Below, in pieces: positions 27,400 to 32,000 of a stretch of 32,000 nt of DNA. Numbering within the stretch: the stretch's first letter is position 1; each line of letters begins with the position of its first letter. Made by a program: the position numbers and the translations under genes. Under the pieces are notes generated by a model. It searched no databases. It was not told the origin of the DNA and saw only the letters and a program-made list of their open reading frames with translations. The DNA is from Candidatus Electronema halotolerans (GTDB taxonomy: Bacteria; Desulfobacterota; Desulfobulbia; Desulfobulbales; Desulfobulbaceae). The stretch is taken from assembly GCA_942493095.1 (NCBI GenBank), contig OW818675.1, positions 1,920,001 to 1,952,000 of the forward strand, in the 5' to 3' direction.

Positions 27400-28365
27400 T
27401 CATAATATCTTAATATACGCCTGCCGCCGGATTTCCTCAATCCAAGTTTTATACCGCGCCTCCATTTCCTGCTTTTGCAGCAGCTCATGGATTTCCTCCC
27501 GGACTGACTCAAAAGGCGGCTTGGCCGCTTCCTTGCCAGCAGAAAGCAGCTTGAAGATCATGAAACTGTCACCAGTGTCAAGCACTGGGCTGATGCCGCC
27601 AGGCTGCAGCGAAGTCACTGCCGCTCTGGTGGCCGCAGCCAGCTCGTCTTCCTCAAAGGTGCCGATGTCGCCGCCGTCATCGGCTGAGGGCAGCTCAGAA
27701 TGCTTGCGGGCCAGCTCGCGGAAATCTGCTCCGGCCACAGCCTGCCGCCGCAGCTCCTCAGCTTTTTCCGCAGCCGCCTTTCTGCCGTCGTCCTGCACAG
27801 TGATGCCGATCTGGAGGAGATGATAGCCCGCCTTTTTGACCGGATAGCTGTGCTCATAGTATTCCCGCAGCTTTTCCTCCGGGATCACCACCTTGGCCCG
27901 CACAGCGTAGCTGATCAGTTTGGAGCTGAGAATCTGCTCTTTCAGGTTTTCCCGATATTGCTGCGCAGTCAGGCCCATCTTCTTCAGCTCATGCTGAAAA
28001 TCCTCCTCGCTAAGACCGCCGCGCTGCAAGATGTCCTGCTTGGCCGCCTCAACCTCTGCCGGACTGACTGAAATTTTCATCTCCTCAGCCTGCTGAAGCA
28101 TCAGGTGCTTGTTGATCAGCTTGTCGAGCACCGCCTGTCTGGCCTGCCGCAGGGCCTCCTCACGCTGGCCGGGCGGAGCTTCGGCATTGATCTGGGCAAA
28201 AATGGGCTGGCCCGCCTCCTCAACCTCAGAAACCGTGACAACATCCTGATTGACCACTGCGGCCACAGAGTCAATCACCTTGGCTCCAGCCCACGAGGCA
28301 GGCAGCAGCCACAGCAGCACGGTCAGGCTGGCACATTGCTTCATCATTCGCACGCTGATCACCAT
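27400..28365 (-). CDS. SurA-like N-terminal domain / peptidyl-prolyl isomerase
   Basis: AKVIDSVAAVVNQDVVTVSEVEEAG..., FQHELKKMGLTAQQYRENLKEQILSSKLI, and a C-terminal parvulin-like region. Confidence 0.85.
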   Translation of the reverse strand: MVISVRMMKQCASLTVLLWLLPASWAGAKVIDSVAAVVNQDVVTVSEVEEAGQPIFAQINAEAPPGQREEALRQARQAVLDKLINKHLMLQQAEEMKISVSPAEVEAAKQDILQRGGLSEEDFQHELKKMGLTAQQYRENLKEQILSSKLISYAVRAKVVIPEEKLREYYEHSYPVKKAGYHLLQIGITVQDDGRKAAAEKAEELRRQAVAGADFRELARKHSELPSADDGGDIGTFEEDELAAATRAAVTSLQPGGISPVLDTGDSFMIFKLLSAGKEAAKPPFESVREEIHELLQKQEMEARYKTWIEEIRRQAYIKIL

Positions 28366-28402
28366 GTTGATTTCCCGGAAGATGCGGCAGGCTGCCGCTG
28401 AC

Positions 28403-30490
28403 TCAGGCCGTTGCCTCCTCCAAGGCCGCCTTGCGGCTCAGACGGATGCGGCCCCGGCTGTCAATGTCCAGCACCTTGACCTTGACCTGCTCACCCTCTT
28501 TGAGGATGTCCTCGACCTTGCTGACCCGCTGCGGAGCCAGCTCAGAGATGTGAACCATGCCGTCCGTGCCGGGCAGGATTTCGACAAACGCGCCAAAGTC
28601 CTTGATCGTCTTCACCGTGCCGTTATAAATTCTGCCAACCTCCGGCATGGCGGTCAAACCTTCAATATGCGCCATCAGAGCATCGGCGGACTCGTTGCTT
28701 TTGGCAAAGATTTTGATCGTGCCGTCATCATCCACGTCAATCTTGGCATCAAATTCGGCAGTCATCTCACGGATGATCTTGCCGCCCGGGCCGATGATGT
28801 CGCGGATCTTGTCCGGGTTAATCTTCATGCTGATAAATTTGGGCGCATGATCAGCAATGTCTTTGCGGGGAATGCCAAGAGCCTCCTGCATTTTCTCCAA
28901 AATATGGAGGCGACCATCCTTGGCCTGCGCCAAGGCCTTGCCCATGATCTGCCGGTCAACGCCGTTGATCTTGATGTCCATCTGGAGAGCGGCTATGCCC
29001 TTGGCTGTGCCCACCACCTTGAAATCCATGTCGCCAAGATGATCCTCATCGCCAAGAATATCAGTGAGCACCACCACCTTGTCGCCTTCCTTGATCAGAC
29101 CCATAGCCACACCGGAGACCGGAGCTTTGACTGGCACGCCCGCATCCATCAAAGCCAAGCTGCCGCCGCAGACCGTGGCCATGGATGAGGAGCCGTTGGA
29201 CTCCAGCACCTCGGAAGTGATCCGCATGGTGTAGGGAAAATCCACCGGATCAGGAAGCACGGCCTCAACGCCTCGGCGGGCCAAAGTGCCATGACCAATG
29301 TCGCGGCGGCTGGGGCCGCGCAAAGGCCGCACCTCGCCAACACAGAAGGGCTGAAAATTGTAATGGAGCATGAAGCGGCGATAGACATCGCCGGTCAGTC
29401 CCTCAATGTGCAGCTCATCCCGCTCCGAGCCAAGGGTTGCGACCACCAAGGCCTGGGTCTCGCCACGGGTGAACAGGGCCGAGCCGTGCGCCTTGGGCAG
29501 AACCCCGACCTCGCATTCTATGGGCCGCACCTGATCAATGCTGCGGCCATCAAGGCGGATGCCCTGATTGACGATCCGACCGCGCATGACCTTTTTCTTA
29601 TAGGCATCAAGCAGCTCGACGACCTCGTCTTTCTTGTGCAGGTCCAGATCAATTCCGGCGACCACCTCATCAACCAAGGCATCGTAGCGGCTGGCGCGGG
29701 CCATTTTCTCCGCAGTGTTGACCACGTCCTCCATGCCTGCGGCAGCCAGCTCCTCGACCTTGGCCTGCAATTCTTCGTTGATCACAGGGACGATGGCGGC
29801 CCGCTTGGCTTTGCCTGCCTCAGCCTGCATTGTTTTTTGCAGGGCAATCAGCGGCTGAAGCTGCTCATGGGCAAAGAAAATGGCTTCCAAAACCACTTCC
29901 TCGCTCAGTTCGCTGATGCGGCCTTCAACCATGACCACAGCTGTTTCCGTGCAGGCCACAACCAGATTCATGGCCGAGTGGGCTATTTGGCTCTTGCTCG
30001 GATTAAGCACATAGCTGCCGTCAACATAGCCGACCCGGCCCGCTGCCACTGGCCCGCTCCACGGAATATCGGACAAGGACAAGGCGACAGATGCGCCGTT
30101 CATGGCGAGAATGTCAGGATTAATCTCGTCTTCTGCGGAAAAGACTGTGGCGATGACTTGGGTCTCGGCCCGCCACTTTTTTGGAAAAAGAGGCCGCAGA
30201 GGCCGGTCAATCAAACGGCTGGTCAAGATTTCTTTTTCAGAAGGACGGCCAATTTCGCGGCGGAAGTAGTTGCCTGGAATCCGGCCCGCAGCGTAAAGCC
30301 GCTCCTGATATTCTATGGTCAAAGGCATGAAGCCAATGTCATCTTTTGCACTTTTCTCCGCCACTGCTGTGACCAGAACTATCGTGTCTCCGCAGGAAAC
30401 TGTCACCGAACCGCTGGCCTGCTTGGCCATCTTGCCTGTTTCAAACACTATGCTGCGATCACCGAGTGCGACTTCAAACCTTTTGTACAT
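28403..30490 (-). CDS. pnp: Polyribonucleotide nucleotidyltransferase (PNPase)
   Basis: MYKRFEVALGDRSIVFETGKMAKQASGSV..., GRPSEKEILTSRLIDRPLRPLFPKKW, RRDIGHGTLARRGVE, KH GPGGKIIREM, S1 VYNGTVKTIKDFGAFVEILPGTDGMVHISEL. Start corrected to ATG at 30490. Confidence 0.97.
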   Translation of the reverse strand: MYKRFEVALGDRSIVFETGKMAKQASGSVTVSCGDTIVLVTAVAEKSAKDDIGFMPLTIEYQERLYAAGRIPGNYFRREIGRPSEKEILTSRLIDRPLRPLFPKKWRAETQVIATVFSAEDEINPDILAMNGASVALSLSDIPWSGPVAAGRVGYVDGSYVLNPSKSQIAHSAMNLVVACTETAVVMVEGRISELSEEVVLEAIFFAHEQLQPLIALQKTMQAEAGKAKRAAIVPVINEELQAKVEELAAAGMEDVVNTAEKMARASRYDALVDEVVAGIDLDLHKKDEVVELLDAYKKKVMRGRIVNQGIRLDGRSIDQVRPIECEVGVLPKAHGSALFTRGETQALVVATLGSERDELHIEGLTGDVYRRFMLHYNFQPFCVGEVRPLRGPSRRDIGHGTLARRGVEAVLPDPVDFPYTMRITSEVLESNGSSSMATVCGGSLALMDAGVPVKAPVSGVAMGLIKEGDKVVVLTDILGDEDHLGDMDFKVVGTAKGIAALQMDIKINGVDRQIMGKALAQAKDGRLHILEKMQEALGIPRKDIADHAPKFISMKINPDKIRDIIGPGGKIIREMTAEFDAKIDVDDDGTIKIFAKSNESADALMAHIEGLTAMPEVGRIYNGTVKTIKDFGAFVEILPGTDGMVHISELAPQRVSKVEDILKEGEQVKVKVLDIDSRGRIRLSRKAALEEATA

Positions 30491-30608
30491 GCAAACTCCT
30501 CTGCGTGCAAGTCCCGGACATATCAGGCCGGGTGTTCTTTCGTTATGCAATCAAATTCATGCCGCCATTTCATCCGAAAAGCAAGAAATGGCGGCTTATC
30601 TACTGTTA

Positions 30609-31115
30609 TTATGATGGTTTAATACTTTCAAATACCTTCGATGCCTTATTGACAGCATAAGGTGCAAACAAAGTAAGGCCAGCGGTCAAAAAAGTGACAA
30701 CTTTATCGGCATCTTCTCCAAGTTCTCCACTTACAGCAAATCTGTAAAGAGCGAAGGTGCCAAAGCCAATAAAAAGCACCAGAATAGCGATCATGCCCAT
30801 AAATGCAACAAGTCTGCTTGAACTTGCCCGCATTTCTACAATCTTTTCTTTATTTTCGCTATCTTTATTTGTCACCTCAACCGGTTCTGACAAAGCATCA
30901 GAAAGAGACCACTCTGACTTGCCAGAGGCAAGAGCATTCTTTATATTTCTTAGGGTATAAAACAAAACAAAAAGAAAAAATACAATAACGCCATAGACAA
31001 AAAATGAATCTGGCGCATTAGCCGCTTTGCTCTGAGCAAAAGCAGGGGGTGAAAAGAGAAGAACTGAAAGAGCAGCGGCTTGAACAGAATAGAAAAAATT
31101 CCGGGATTGCATCAT
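30609..31115 (-). CDS. Hypothetical small membrane protein (signal peptide plus predicted TM segments)
   Basis: N-terminal signal-like AAALSVLLFSPPAFAQS; hydrophobic segments FFVYGVIVFFLFVLFY, LVAFMGMIAILVLFIGFGTFALY, VVTFLTAGLTLFAPYAV. Confidence 0.7.
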   Translation of the reverse strand: MMQSRNFFYSVQAAALSVLLFSPPAFAQSKAANAPDSFFVYGVIVFFLFVLFYTLRNIKNALASGKSEWSLSDALSEPVEVTNKDSENKEKIVEMRASSSRLVAFMGMIAILVLFIGFGTFALYRFAVSGELGEDADKVVTFLTAGLTLFAPYAVNKASKVFESIKPS

Positions 31116-31193
31116 GTCCTCCTTTTTTAAGTATGAGATAATGAATTTCCTGCCATGCTACAGAACGTGCATGGCAGGAAGTGCAGTGATGCC

Positions 31194-31463
31194 TTACTTT
31201 CTGATGCCCAAGGCCTGAATCAGGGTCCGATACCGGTTGATATCCTTCTTTTTCAGATAATTGAGCAGGCTGCGCCGGTGTCCGACCAGCTTGAGCAGGC
31301 CCCGCCGGGAATGATGATCCTTGGCATGGGTCTGGAAATGTTCGGTCAGATAGGTGATCCGGTCGGAAATCAGGGCAATCTGCACCTCCGGCGAGCCGGT
31401 GTCGTTCTCATGGGTGGCAAATTTGCTGATGATTTCCATCTTCTTTACTGTAGTCTGCACCAT
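31194..31463 (-). CDS. rpsO: 30S ribosomal protein S15
   Basis: [68 protein letters not shown]. Confidence 0.98.
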   Translation of the reverse strand: MVQTTVKKMEIISKFATHENDTGSPEVQIALISDRITYLTEHFQTHAKDHHSRRGLLKLVGHRRSLLNYLKKKDINRYRTLIQALGIRK

Positions 31464-31621
31464 TTTGGCCTCCGAAAATCTGTTCCTTCTGCTGTCGGCA
31501 AAGCCTGCTTTTCCTCAGCCTCGCCGGAGTCTGGATACGCTTGCCTTCAATTTCCTGTCCGAGGAATGAGACAGAAACGGCAAGGACTGCTCCGCCCGCT
31601 GCGGAGCAGCCTGTATTTCAT

Positions 31622-32000
31622 TCATGCAGATGCGCTGCTGCTCAAGGCCTGCTCCACAGTCAGCATCTTCTGATGCAGGGCGGCACGGGCGGCCTCGCGG
31701 TCATCAGCAAAGAGCAGGCTGCCATCAACAGCCTCTTCCACTACAAAGCCGCCGCTCCGGGTGCGGCGCAGCGCGGTCAGATACGCACCACAGCCGATTT
31801 TGCTGCCGATGTCTGCGGCCAGCACCCGGATGTAAGTACCCCGGCTGCACGACACCGTGCAGGCAAGGCGGGCTGTTTCTTCAGCATACTGCCTCAGCTC
31901 CAAGCTGTAAATCTCAATCTGCTTGGCTTCCTTTTCAATGATGATGCCTTGGCGGGCATAGTCATACAAGGGTCGGCCCTGATGCTTGGCAGCAGAATAG
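31622..32000 (-). CDS. truB: tRNA pseudouridine(55) synthase TruB, C-terminal part (N-terminus beyond window)
   Basis: Open frame continues to the window end: YSAAKHQGRPLYDYARQGIIIEKEAKQIEIYSLEL...VSCSRGTYIRVLAADIGSKIGCGAYLTALRRTRSG. Confidence 0.93.
   Translation of the reverse strand, partial: YSAAKHQGRPLYDYARQGIIIEKEAKQIEIYSLELRQYAEETARLACTVSCSRGTYIRVLAADIGSKIGCGAYLTALRRTRSGGFVVEEAVDGSLLFADDREAARAALHQKMLTVEQALSSSASA

Noticed and set aside
28250-29188. Plus-strand ORF (312 aa) over the surA-like/pnp boundary
   Set aside because: Antisense shadow ORF with no recognisable domain.
29291-30622. Plus-strand ORF (443 aa) antisense to pnp
   Set aside because: Fully overlaps pnp, whose catalytic and RNA-binding motifs are unmistakable. 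His/Gln/Ala-rich shadow translation.
1-32000. CRISPR arrays, retron/DGR reverse transcriptase, tRNA or rRNA genes
   Set aside because: No regularly spaced direct repeats, no RT motif (xADD) in a plausible ORF, and no tRNA- or rRNA-like sequence seen by eye. A formal scan (tRNAscan-SE, CRISPR finder, Infernal) was not possible.

Overview
The window is about 32 kb of GC-rich bacterial chromosome. Gene content suggests a Desulfobulbales-like / former deltaproteobacterial host, but that is inference. Ordinary blocks: (1) a 5'-truncated tandem-repeat protein translationally coupled to a DltD/SGNH-like protein and an MBOAT acyltransferase (1-3760); (2) a minus-strand membrane/surface operon of YqaA/SNARE-like protein, LbH acyltransferase and LPG-synthase-like flippase (4349-6684); (3) an ATP-grasp protein, a small lipoprotein, an ASKHA/2Fe-2S corrinoid-activation-like protein and LivH (6730-10954); (4) an archaeal-type split glutamate synthase locus (17559-24003) carrying a Fic / DUF2442 / DUF4160 insertion; (5) CobL/CbiET and an HNH endonuclease; (6) RodZ-like HTH protein, SurA-like PPIase, pnp, a small membrane protein, rpsO and truB (26668-32000). 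The accessory region is about 11.0-17.5 kb. It has remnants of corA and of a PIN-domain TA locus, a complete IS1-family element with readable TIRs and target duplication, and a visibly AT-rich four-gene operon (12522-14982). That operon encodes two small membrane/amphipathic-helix proteins, a 199-aa orphan protein and an AAA+ ATPase with a Cdc48/Vps4-type pore loop. It is followed by an IS5-like transposase gene, a ~116 bp MITE-like inverted-repeat element and a HigBA-type TA pair. The best candidate for a previously undescribed system is the four-gene AAA+ module. Its two membrane proteins have unrelated N-terminal regions but share a C-terminal tail (QAPxxxPLPx(5)A.KLKL).
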